Shown here piece by piece: positions 53,792-64,000 of a stretch of DNA of 64,000 nt; position 1 is the first letter of the stretch, and each line of letters opens with the position of its first letter. Source of the stretch: Candidatus Latescibacterota bacterium (GTDB lineage Bacteria > Krumholzibacteriota > Krumholzibacteriia > WVZY01 > JAKEHA01); the NCBI GenBank assembly GCA_963707635.1, contig OY970173.1:1440001-1504000 (forward strand). Reading direction: 5' to 3'. A program made the position numbers and the translations under genes. The notes beneath the pieces were generated by a model. That model was given only the letters and a program-made list of their open reading frames with translations. It did no database searches and was not told the DNA's origin.

Positions 53792-56700
53792 ATGTGGCTG
53801 GGTCGGGATAATAGCGTTCGGGTGCTGGTGCCGGTGTTCTTGGCGGCGATCGTTTCCTCGGGGGGTGCGGCGACGCTGTCGCACACCGTCATCCTCTCGA
53901 GCGAACGCGTTCGACTGTCGCCCGGCCCGGGTGGACTGAGCGTGTCGGTCGACGACCGTGCGTACACGACGCTTGCGGATCCAGGACTGCCGGCGCTCCC
54001 GTTTCGCGTGGTGAGCTTCGTGCTGCCTCAGGGGGAAGACGTCGGCGGCTTTCGGGCCGTCGAGTCCGGCCGGCGCGTGATCTCCGCCGGGGCGGAGCTG
54101 GCCGTGGCCGGCCCGGCGCGCAGCGAGGACGGCGGCGAAGGCGTCGGCGCCGCCATGGCGTCGCGAGCCGGCGGGCTGTATCCGTCGGAGCGCGCTCGCC
54201 TGCTCGGGGTGGGCCGGCTGCACGGCTACACCATCGCGAGCTTCGCGGTATTCCCACTCCAGGTCGAAGATACGGAACTGACGGCGTCGGATCGGATCAC
54301 GCTCGAAGTGGAGACGGTGCCGTCGACCCGCCCGGCGGTCACGTTGCAGCGCGCCCGCGCCGCGGTCCGCCAGCGCGCGCGCGCCGAACTGGCGAGTCTG
54401 GTAGTCAATCCCGCCGACGCGGATGCCTACCTGTTCGCGGAACCCGTCGTGCCGAAGCCGCAAGGCGGGTTCAGCCCGACGTCGTTTCCGTCGCTGGAGG
54501 GGAGCGCGGTGGACTACGTGATCGTCACGCCGGACTCACTCGCCGCGGCGTACCAGGCCCTCGCGGACTTCAAGACCCGCAAGGGCGTGCCCACCGTCGT
54601 TCGCACGGTTGAATGGATCCAGGCCAACTACCGCAACGGTTCCGACCTGCAGGAGACGATCCGCAACTTCGTGATCGACGCCTACCAGAAGTGGGGCATC
54701 ACCTACCTTCTCCTCGGCGGCGACACGAGCGAGGTTCCGGTTCGGTTCGCGTACAGCGGCTTTTACGACGGCGGTCGTTTTCTGCCCGTCGACATGTACT
54801 TCGGCTGCCTCGACGGTGACTGGAACGACGACCACGACGAGGTCTTCGGTGAGGCGGCACCTTACGACAACCCCGACCTCTACGCGGAGGTCTACGTCGG
54901 CCGGATGCCGAGTTCGTCGGTTGCCGAAGTGAACATGCTGATCGGAAAAGTGATCGCTTACGAGACGCCCCTCGACATGACCCTCGGCCAGAAGGTCCTG
55001 CTGCTCGGTGAGATCCTCTTTCCGACGAACTGGACGCCTCCCCAGGTGATCACGCTCAACGGGCCCGATCTCATCGAACCCATTTACAACAATGAAATGC
55101 TCCCGGTGGCCGGACTGAACGCGCTGCGCATGTACGAGACCGAAGAGTTGTACCCGGGCGCGGTGGACGAGAACCGCGCGGCGGTGATCGCCCAGCTCAA
55201 TGCCGGCTACAACCACGTGGTTCACATCGGCCACGGGTACCGCTTCAACATGTCGGTGGGCGACGTGAGCATCGTCAACGCCGACGCGGACGCGCTCACC
55301 AACGGAAACCGCCTCTCGTGCCTGTATTTCCTGAATTGTACGGGTGCCGCCTACAACTACTACTGCCTGGCCGAGCACTACCTGCGCAACCCGAACGGCG
55401 GCGCCGTTTCGGTGGTCGGGGCCAACGAAAGCGCGTTTCCGAACGCGTCCACCGCCTACATGAACGAGTACTACCACCGTGTGTTCACCAGCGGGGTGAA
55501 GCACATCGGGGAAGCGTTTGCGCGCTCGAGGCTGCCGCGGACGGTGCTGGCGGAACTCGGCGACAACGTCGACCTGTGGACGCACTACATCTACACCCTG
55601 CTCAGCGACCCCGAACTTTCCCTGTGGACCGGCCCCGTGACCACGCTGAGCGTGAACCACCCGGCGAGCGTGTCGAAGGGGACCCATTCGATTCTGGTGA
55701 CCGTGACGAGCGGCGGGAACCCGGTCGATTCCGCGACGGTGTGCCTGTCGAAGGCGGACGAGGACTACGAGGTGGGGGTCACGAACGGGGCGGGCCAGGT
55801 GACGCTGTCGTTCCGCGCGGAAACGACGGGCAACATCGACGTCGTGGTCACCGGGCCCAACCACGCCCGCCACGAAAGCACGATCAGCGTGGGCGGGACG
55901 GGCGCCTATGTGGCCATCAGCTCGATGACCATCGACGACGACGGCGCGGGAGGGACGAGCGGGAACGGCAACGGGGTGATCGATGCGGGAGAGACGGTGG
56001 ACCTCGCGATCACGCTCAAGAATACCGGGACCGCGGCGACCAACAACGTGACCGCGACCCTGCGCAGCACCGACGCCGGGGTGACGCTCGTCGACAGCAC
56101 GGCGGGGGTGGGCGTCATCGCCGCGGCCGGGACCGCGCTGGCCACGGGTGGGGTGCGCGTGACGTTCTCGTCCTCGCTCGGGGACGCCCACGCCGTGCCC
56201 TTCACGCTCGTGATCAAGAACGACGGCACCCCGACCTGGACCGACGAGTTCAAGAAAGAGGCTCACCGTCCCGTGCTGGACCTGGTGAAGCTGCGGGTGG
56301 ACGACACTGGGACCGGCAACGGCAACGGCATCGTGGAGAACGGCGAGCAATTCAAGCTATTCTACAAGGTGAAGAACTTCGGGACGGGGGCGTACCCGGG
56401 AGGGAACGGCACCGTCAGCGACCTCGACACGGCGTTCACGCTGGTGGACCCGACCGACCCCTACCCCGTCATCGCGGCGCACGGGCAGGCGGAGAACACG
56501 GGCGGGTTCGTGCTGGTGGAAGCGGACGCGTCGGTGGAGCACCGGTTGCGGATATCGATCGTCGACCTGTACGGGCGGGCGTACGTGGACACGGTGGAGC
56601 TGCGGGTGCCGACGGCGCCGAGCGCGCTCGTGATCGACCCCAGCCTGGGACCGGACCGGTTGAAAGTGACGTGGACGGCGAGTCCGAGCCCGGACGTGGC

Positions 56701-58750
56701 ACACTACAATATTTACCGTTCGTTGAACGCGGGCGGTCCGTTCGTGCTCGCCAACGCGGACCCGGTTGCGCACGCCATTTTCGTCAACGTCGGCCTGGCG
56801 CCGAACACCGCCTACTATTTCAAGGCCAGCGCCCTCGACGAGGACGGCAACGAGAGCGGGATGTCCGCCGCCGCTTCCGGGAGCACCAACCCGAAACAGA
56901 TGTCCGGCTGGCCGATCGCGATGAAGGCGGAGACCAGCTCGTCACCGGCGGTGGGCGACATCGACGGCGACGGCGACAACGAGATCGTCGTGGGCGCCGA
57001 CCGCGTCTACGCGTGGCACGCGAATGGAATCGAAATGGTCGACGGCGACAACGATGCCCAGAGCTGGGGCGTGATTTCCCCGCTCGGCAGCTCGTTCGTG
57101 TCGAGCGTGGCGCTGGCCCGCATCGACCATGAGCCCGGGCTCGACATCGTGGCGGCGTCGCGCGACTCGCGCGAGGTCTTCGTATTCAACTACCAGGGTG
57201 ATGTGCTGACGGGGTGGCCCCAGGAGGTGGAGAACACGCTGCGCGCGGGAATGGTGGTCGCCGACCTGGATGGAAACGGGCTCTTCGAAATCGTCGCGGT
57301 CGACGAGAAAGGTGTCATCTACGCCTGGAAGGCGGACGGCACCGAGTTCATCGACGGCGACGCGAACCCGGCGACGCCGGGCGTCTTCTATCGCATGCCC
57401 AACTGCACGTTCAACTACTCGACACCGGCGGCGGCCGACATCGACAACGACGGCAAGGACGAACTGATCGTGGGGTCGCAGGGTGATCTCGTTTACGTAT
57501 TCAACGAGAACGCGAGCATGTCCCCCGGCTGGCCGTTCGCGCTGGTTAGCGACATCGCGGGCAGCCCGGTGGTGGGCGACGTCGACGCGAACGGCGATCT
57601 CGAGATCGCTTTCAATGAGGCGGGCGGGTCGCTGTGGGTCCTCAACCACGACGCCACCACGCTGATGTATCAGTACTTCACCAACAACCCGGCGAACAAT
57701 TTCTTTTCGACCTCGCCGGCGCTCGGCAATATCACCGGCGACGCGAAGCTCGAGATCGTGGTGGCGAGGGCGAGCGGGAAGATCTACGCGATGTCCAGCA
57801 CCGGCGTGGTGCTGCCCGGCTGGCCGGTGAATTACTCGGTGACGACCTACAGCGAATCGTCGCCGATTATCGCCGACCTGGACGGCAACGGATCTCCGGA
57901 CATCGTTATGGGTGACGAAACCCAGTTCATCGATGCGTTCAATGTGAGCGGCCAGTCGATTGCGGGTTTTCCGTTGGCGACCAGCGATGCGATGCGCGGG
58001 GTTCCGACCGCGGCGGATGTGGACCAGGACGGGAGCGTGGATCTGGTGGCGGCGGGCTGGGACAAGAATGTCTACGCGTGGGACTTCACGGGGACATGGA
58101 ATCCGGCGAATGCGCCGTGGCCGCGCTTCCACGCCAACCTGCACAACAACGGACGCATGGGATTCGTGGTGCCCACGCCGGTGCACGGAGTCTCGTTCAA
58201 CGTCACGCGGCGGGATGCGGGAATGGAACTGGTGTGGGCGGTACCCACGGAAGCGGGCGGCGAGTTCACGGTGAGGCGGGCGGAAGTGGTGGGCGGAGAG
58301 ACGGGGGGATTCGCGCTGGTGACGGCGGGGGTGGGGATCGGTGTGGACGGGATGGTGCGGGTGGTGGACCGGGGTGTGGAGATGGGGTCGCGCTACGTGT
58401 ATCACCTGGAGAACACGGGGGGGACGTTGATCCACGAGACGGCGGGGTTGTACGTGCCGGTGACACGCGCGGTGCTGGGCCAGAACTACCCGAATCCGTT
58501 CAACCCGGTGACAAAGATCGAGTACTGGGTGCCGGAGGGATCGGGCAAGACGCCGGTGAGCCTGGTGATCTACGACGTGCGGGGGGCGCGGGTGCGGACG
58601 GTGGTGAACGAGGGGCAGGCGGCGGGCCGGTATGTGGTGGAGTGGGACGGGCGGGACGACCGGGGGACGCGGGCCGCCTCGGGGGTCTACTTCTACCGTA
58701 TGACGGCGTCCGGTTTCGCGGACGTCCGCAAGATGGTGTTGATGAAGTAG
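53792..58750 (+). CDS. Secreted C25 peptidase + FN3 + FG-GAP + CTD, paralog 2
   Basis: AGGAG RBS; same architecture with HIGHG/LNC; ends RKMVLMK. Confidence 0.9.
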   Translation: MWLGRDNSVRVLVPVFLAAIVSSGGAATLSHTVILSSERVRLSPGPGGLSVSVDDRAYTTLADPGLPALPFRVVSFVLPQGEDVGGFRAVESGRRVISAGAELAVAGPARSEDGGEGVGAAMASRAGGLYPSERARLLGVGRLHGYTIASFAVFPLQVEDTELTASDRITLEVETVPSTRPAVTLQRARAAVRQRARAELASLVVNPADADAYLFAEPVVPKPQGGFSPTSFPSLEGSAVDYVIVTPDSLAAAYQALADFKTRKGVPTVVRTVEWIQANYRNGSDLQETIRNFVIDAYQKWGITYLLLGGDTSEVPVRFAYSGFYDGGRFLPVDMYFGCLDGDWNDDHDEVFGEAAPYDNPDLYAEVYVGRMPSSSVAEVNMLIGKVIAYETPLDMTLGQKVLLLGEILFPTNWTPPQVITLNGPDLIEPIYNNEMLPVAGLNALRMYETEELYPGAVDENRAAVIAQLNAGYNHVVHIGHGYRFNMSVGDVSIVNADADALTNGNRLSCLYFLNCTGAAYNYYCLAEHYLRNPNGGAVSVVGANESAFPNASTAYMNEYYHRVFTSGVKHIGEAFARSRLPRTVLAELGDNVDLWTHYIYTLLSDPELSLWTGPVTTLSVNHPASVSKGTHSILVTVTSGGNPVDSATVCLSKADEDYEVGVTNGAGQVTLSFRAETTGNIDVVVTGPNHARHESTISVGGTGAYVAISSMTIDDDGAGGTSGNGNGVIDAGETVDLAITLKNTGTAATNNVTATLRSTDAGVTLVDSTAGVGVIAAAGTALATGGVRVTFSSSLGDAHAVPFTLVIKNDGTPTWTDEFKKEAHRPVLDLVKLRVDDTGTGNGNGIVENGEQFKLFYKVKNFGTGAYPGGNGTVSDLDTAFTLVDPTDPYPVIAAHGQAENTGGFVLVEADASVEHRLRISIVDLYGRAYVDTVELRVPTAPSALVIDPSLGPDRLKVTWTASPSPDVAHYNIYRSLNAGGPFVLANADPVAHAIFVNVGLAPNTAYYFKASALDEDGNESGMSAAASGSTNPKQMSGWPIAMKAETSSSPAVGDIDGDGDNEIVVGADRVYAWHANGIEMVDGDNDAQSWGVISPLGSSFVSSVALARIDHEPGLDIVAASRDSREVFVFNYQGDVLTGWPQEVENTLRAGMVVADLDGNGLFEIVAVDEKGVIYAWKADGTEFIDGDANPATPGVFYRMPNCTFNYSTPAAADIDNDGKDELIVGSQGDLVYVFNENASMSPGWPFALVSDIAGSPVVGDVDANGDLEIAFNEAGGSLWVLNHDATTLMYQYFTNNPANNFFSTSPALGNITGDAKLEIVVARASGKIYAMSSTGVVLPGWPVNYSVTTYSESSPIIADLDGNGSPDIVMGDETQFIDAFNVSGQSIAGFPLATSDAMRGVPTAADVDQDGSVDLVAAGWDKNVYAWDFTGTWNPANAPWPRFHANLHNNGRMGFVVPTPVHGVSFNVTRRDAGMELVWAVPTEAGGEFTVRRAEVVGGETGGFALVTAGVGIGVDGMVRVVDRGVEMGSRYVYHLENTGGTLIHETAGLYVPVTRAVLGQNYPNPFNPVTKIEYWVPEGSGKTPVSLVIYDVRGARVRTVVNEGQAAGRYVVEWDGRDDRGTRAASGVYFYRMTASGFADVRKMVLMK
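57980..58750 (+). repeat. Near-identical G-rich C-terminal module, copy 2
   Basis: Shares ~58190-58655 with copy 1, and most of 57980-58750 with copy 3. Confidence 0.9.
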
Positions 58751-58777
58751 TGGTTTGTGATGCGCGGGCGTCGGAGG

Positions 58778-58807
58778 TTGACTCCGCCGCACCGCGCGGG
58801 GTATACT
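58778..58807 (+). promoter_or_regulatory. Putative sigma70 promoter of C25 paralog 3
   Basis: TTGACT-N18-TATACT. Confidence 0.65.
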
Positions 58808-59020
58808 CAATCCTCCTCGAATCGCAGGCACGACAACCGCGGGGGCTATAAGGCACATCGCGAACTGCTACCAACGACCGTTGTTTTTCTCTCCATAATC
58901 AGGCCAACGAAGACCTTGTCCGAGCGCCGGAGCGGCGTGCGCCGCCGGCACGGACCCGAACCATCGAGCGTTGATCGCCCGGCGCTTGCGCCGGCCGCAC
59001 GGGTTGCTACGGGAGGACTC

Positions 59021-62000
59021 ATGATCTCGCGACACACAGCCTGCTCTTTCATCCTCGGCGCGTCCCTGCTGGCCCTCGGCCTGTGTCCCGCGCCCGCGAG
59101 GGCCGCGAGTCTTTCGATCCGGGTATCGGTTCCGCGCGACCCGGTCAGCGTAAAAGCGTTACCCCAGGGCGACGTCATCCACGTTCCGGGGGCGGGCTGG
59201 GAGTCGCTGCAGGACCCGGGGCAGCCGGAGATCCCGTACCGCCTCGTGCGCGTGCTCCTTCCCCAGGGAGAAACGGTGGAGAGTTTCGCGGTGGCGTCGG
59301 CCGAGCCGCGACTGGTTCGTACCTACGTCCGCCCCGTGCTCGCGGGCCCGATTGAGGCGGACGACGGCGGCGCCGTCACGACACCGTCGTTGCTGGCGGG
59401 CGTGGCGGGGTCATCGTTCCCGCGGGAACGCGCCGTTCTCCTGGGTTCCGGGATCCGCCATGGCTACACGGTGGCGACCTTTGCCGTGTTTCCGCTCGAG
59501 ATTCGGGACAGTGCCCTCTACGCGTTCGACGAGCTCGAGTTGTCGATTCAAACCCGCGCGTCCACGATTGCACCCGCTGTGCGCCAGCGGTTTCGCGAGG
59601 GATTCCGCGCGCACGAGCGCGCGCGCGTCGCCGCCGAAGTCCTCAACCCCGAAATGCTGAACGCCTACACGTTCTCCGAGACGGTGGTGGCGAAGGCCCC
59701 CGGCGGGTTCAACGTGTCGGTGTTCCCTTCGCTCGAGGGCAGCGCGGTGGACTACGTGATCATCACGCCCGACGCGTTCGCCGCCACCATGCAGGCGCTG
59801 GCCGATTGGAAGACGCTGAAGGGTGTGCCGACGGTGGTCAGAACGACGGAGTGGATCGCCGCGAATTACCGCAACGGATCCGACCTCGCCGAGACCATCC
59901 GGAACTTCGTGATCCAGGCCTACGCGAAGTGGGGGACTACCTACGTGCTGCTCGCGGGAGACGTCGAGCAGGTGCCCGCGCGGCTCGCGTGGAGCGCCTA
60001 CTACGACGACGGTCGCTTATTCCCGGTCGACATGTACTACGGCTGCCTCGACGGTGATTGGAACGCGGACCACGACGCCGTCTTCGGCGAGTTCGGCACC
60101 GACGACGCGGACCTGATTGCGGAAGTGTACGTCGGCCGACTCCCGATGCGAACGACGACCGAAGCGAGCGTCATGATCGACAAGGTGATGGATTACGAGC
60201 GACCGGACTACGCGACCTACGCGAACAAGGTCCAGGTGCTGGCCGAGGTCCTGTTCCCGTCGAACTGGGAACCCAACGACGAGATCTCGCTCAACGGTGC
60301 CGACATCGCCGAATTCGTTCGCACTCAGTGGCTGAATGACCCTGCGCTGAAGGTGACGCGCATGTACCAGACCGACAGCCTGTTCCCGGGCTCACTCCCG
60401 GAGACGCGGCAAGCCGCCCTCGATTCGATGGCCACGGGGTACAACCACGTGATCCACGTTGGGCACGGCTTCCGCTTCAATATGTCGGTGGGAGACGCGA
60501 GCATCGTCAACGCCGATGCCGACGCGCTGGCCAACACCGGGCGGCTCAGCAACCTGAACCTGCTCAACTGCACCGCCGTCGCCTACACCTACGAATGTCT
60601 GGCGGAGCATTTCCTGCGCAACCCCACGGGAGGGGCGGTGTCGGTCGTCGGCTCCAACGACAGCGCGTTTCCGACCGTGGCCGCGGACTACATGTACGAG
60701 TACTACCGGCTGCTCTTCAACCAGAACATCACCCACCTGGGCGAGACCTTCGCGCTCTCCCGCGAATCGCGCACCTCATTCGCGCTCGGCGGCGACAACA
60801 TCGACCGCTGGACGCACTTCGCCTACACCCTGCTCGGGGACCCCGAGATGCCGTTGTGGACGCGATCCGTGGCACCCCTCGCCGTTGCCAAGCCCGCCAG
60901 CGTCGGCAAGGGAAAGACCGCGATTCTGCTGACCGTGACCAGCGGAGGCAACCCGGTCGATTCGGCGCGGGTGTGCCTCTCGAAGGGGGACGAGGACTAC
61001 GGCGTTGGCACGACCAACGCCTCCGGCCAGGTCACTCTCAACTTTCGCGCCGAGACCACGGGCCTCATCGACGTGGTGGCGACCGGGTTGAATTACAAGC
61101 GCTACCAGGGGACGATCACCGTGGCTGGCACCGGCTCGTACCTGAGCATGCATTCGATGACCATCGACGACGACAACGTGTCCGGGACGAGCGGCAACGG
61201 CAACGGCGTGATCGAAGCGGGCGAGACCGTGGACTTTGCGATCAGGGTCAGAAACACGGGCACGGCGACGTCGCCCGGCACACTCAACATCCGCCTGCGC
61301 TGCCCTGCCGGCGGTGTCACCATTTCGGACAGCACCGCGAGCATTTCGGGCACCATCCCGGCCGGAGGCAATTCGCTGGCTACGGGCGGCGTGCGTGTCG
61401 TGTTCCCCTCCTCGCTGGCCGACGAGCAGGCAATTCGCTTCCTGTTGATCATACGGTCCAACACGACGGAGGTCTCACGGGATGATTTCAAGAAAGAGGT
61501 GCACCGGCCGAAGCTTGACCTGGTGAAGCTGCGAGTAGACGACACCGGAACGGGCAACGGCAACGGCATCGTGGAGGACGGCGAGCAGTTCAAGCTGTTC
61601 TACAAGGTGAAGAACTTCGGGACGGGAACCTACCCGGGCGGGAACGCCACCCTCACCGACCTGGACGCCGGGTTCACGCTGGTGGATCCCACCGATCCGT
61701 ACCCCACCATCCTGCCTCACCTGCAGGCGGAAAACACGACCGGGTTCGTGCTGGTGGAGCCGAACACGTCCACGGAGCACCGACTGCGGCTGTCGATCAT
61801 CGACACATACGGGCGCGCGTACGTGGACACGCTGGAGCTGCGGGCACCAGTGCCGCCCGCCGACCTGACGGTCGACCCGAGCCTCGGGCCGGACCGCCTG
61901 AAGCTGACCTGGCCGGTGAGCGCCAGCCCCGACGTCGCGCACTACAATATCTACCGTTCGCTCAACGCGGGCGGGCCGTTTGCGCTCGTCAACGGGGACC

Positions 62001-63980
62001 CGGTGGCGCACACTCTTTTCATCAACACGGGCTTGAGCTCCACCACCAAGTACTATTACAAGACGAGCACGCTCGACGCGTCGGGCAACGAGAGCGCTCT
62101 CTCCGCGCTTTACTCCGGAAGCACGAACCCGGCCCAGCTGGCCGGGTGGCCGATCAACATGCTCATGGAAACGACGTCGTCGCCGGCAGTGGGCGACATC
62201 GACGGCGATGGCGACAACGAGATCGTGGTCGGGGACAAGTACGTCTACGCCTGGCACGCCAACGGCATCGAGATGCAGGACGGAGACAACGACGCCCTGA
62301 CCTGGGGACCCATCAACAAGGACGGCGATTCGTTCATCTCGCACGTGACGTTGGCGCAAATCGATCAACTGCCCGGTCTCGACATCGTGGCCGCCTCGCG
62401 CAACACCCGACAGGTGTTCGTATTCGACCATACCGGCGCGGCGCTGCCCGGCTGGCCGCAGCCGGTCGAGAACATGATCCGTGCCGGCGTGGCGGTCGGC
62501 GACCTCGAAGGTGACGCGATCCCCGAGATCGTCGCGATCGATGAGCTGGGGGTCATCTACGTCTGGAGGCCCAACGGCACCGAACTCATCGACGGCGACT
62601 TCAACCCGGCGACCCAGGGCGTCTTCAAGCGTCTCACGGGCGCGACGTTCCACTATTCCACGCCCGCGCTTGCCGACATCGACAACGACGGCAGGGATGA
62701 GATCATCGTGGGCACGCAGGCGGACCAGCTGTACGCGTTCAACAAAGATGGAAGCAGCGTGCCCGGGTTCCCGGTCGCGCTCGGCTCGGACATCGCCGGC
62801 AGCGCTGCTGTGGGCGATGTTGACGGCGATGGTGATCTCGAGATCGTCGTCAACACGGCGGGCGGAACGGTGAAGGCGCTTCACCACACCGGTGCCACTC
62901 TGTGGAGCCGCAACTTCGTGAACGGGCTGTTCTTCGGCCCCTCTCCCGCGCTGGCGGACGTCGACGCCGACGGTAAGCTGGAGACGTTCATCCCGTCCGC
63001 CGACGGCAAGCTCTACGCGATCGACTTCACCGGCGCCGACCGGGCCGGTTTCCCGGTGACGTACTCGGCCGCGACCTACACCGAGTCATCGCCGATCGTC
63101 GCGGACATCGACGGCGACGGGCTGCACGACGTCGTGCTGGGCTCCGAGGAAAAGAACGTGTGGGCGTGGAATCGGAGCGGTGTGGCGCTTGACGGTTTCC
63201 CGCTGACAACCAGCGACGCGATGCGCGGGGTTCCGACGGCGGCGGACGTGGACCAGGACGGGAAGCGTGGACCTGGTGGGGGCGGGGTGGGACAAGAACG
63301 TCTATATTTGGGACTTTACGGGGACGTGGAATCCGGCGAACGCACCGTGGCCGCGCTTCCACGCCAACCTGCACAACAACGGGCGGCTCGGGTTCCTGAT
63401 GCCAGTGCCCGTGCAGGGAGCGTCGTTCGTCTTCGCGATTCACGATGAGGGGATGGAGCTGGCGTGGAAGGTTCCCGCGGAAGCGGGCGGGGAGTTCACG
63501 GTGAGGCGGGCGGAAGTGGTGGGCGGGGAGACGGGCGGATTCGCGCTGGTGACGGCGGGGGTGGGGATCGGCGTGGACGGGATGGTGCGGGTGGTGGACC
63601 GGGGCGTGGAGATGGGGTCGCGCTACGTGTACCACCTGGAGAACACGGGGGGGACGTTGATCCACGAGACGGCGGGGTTGTACGTGCCGGTGACACGCGC
63701 GGTGCTGGGCCAGAACTACCCGAATCCGTTCAACCCGGTGACAAAGATCGAGTACTGGGTGCCGGAGGGATCGGGCAAGACGCCGGTGAGCCTGGTGATC
63801 TACGACGTGCGGGGGGCGCGGGTGCGCACGGTGGTGAACGAGGGGCAGGCGGCGGGCCGCTACGTGGTGGAGTGGGACGGGCGGGACGACCGGGGGACGC
63901 GGGCCGCCTCGGGGGTCTATTTCTATCGCATGACGGCGTCCGGCTTCTCGGACGTCCGCAAGATGGTGCTCGTCAAGTAG
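59021..63980 (+). CDS. Secreted C25 peptidase + FN3 + FG-GAP + CTD, paralog 3; +1 frameshift at 63263-63264
   Basis: GGAGG RBS; HVGHG/LNC; GACGGGAAGCGTGG here versus GACGGGAGCGTGG in paralog 2 shows one extra A; ends RKMVLVK. Confidence 0.85.
63209..63980 (+). repeat. Near-identical G-rich C-terminal module, copy 3
   Basis: Matches copy 2 except a divergent patch at ~63400-63470. Confidence 0.9.
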
Positions 63981-64000
63981 GCGCCACACGCCGGTTTGCG

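Noticed and set aside
53198..63980. Diversity-generating retroelement template/variable repeats
   Set aside because: Differences between copies are not adenine-specific, all copies are coding 3' ends, and there is no reverse transcriptase in the window.

Overview
High-GC bacterial chromosomal segment, almost entirely coded on the + strand. It mixes housekeeping genes (pyk, pntA N-terminal subunit, ychF-like, rlmI-like, ispH, NAD-IDH family, fabV, asnB family, carAB, clpB) with many exported proteins. Several of these end in an 'NPFNP...VYFY...RKMVLxK' FlgD-Ig/T9SS-type sorting domain; from that style and the GC content I infer an FCB-related candidate phylum such as Krumholzibacteriota, Latescibacterota or Eisenbacteria. 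Highlights: (i) a signal-peptide-bearing bacterial protein with the LIM + LIM-like + HEXXH architecture of plant DA1; (ii) a 15-kb tandem array of three ~1650-aa C25 (gingipain-family)/FN3/FG-GAP proteins whose G-rich C-terminal modules are nearly identical in a mosaic pattern; (iii) an MbnP/MbnH-like pair lacking the WxW motif; (iv) a PyrR-type attenuator ahead of carAB and a sigma54-type promoter ahead of clpB; (v) a thiolase-fold protein lacking the catalytic Cys paired with DUF35, and a YchF paralog with degenerate G motifs; (vi) a compositionally atypical 3.6-kb patch with an inverted pseudogene remnant; (vii) two unexplained structured intergenic elements. About seven single-base frameshifts probably reflect long-read assembly error. 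No rRNA, tRNA, CRISPR array or transposase was recognised. All family assignments are from motif recognition by eye, not database searches.
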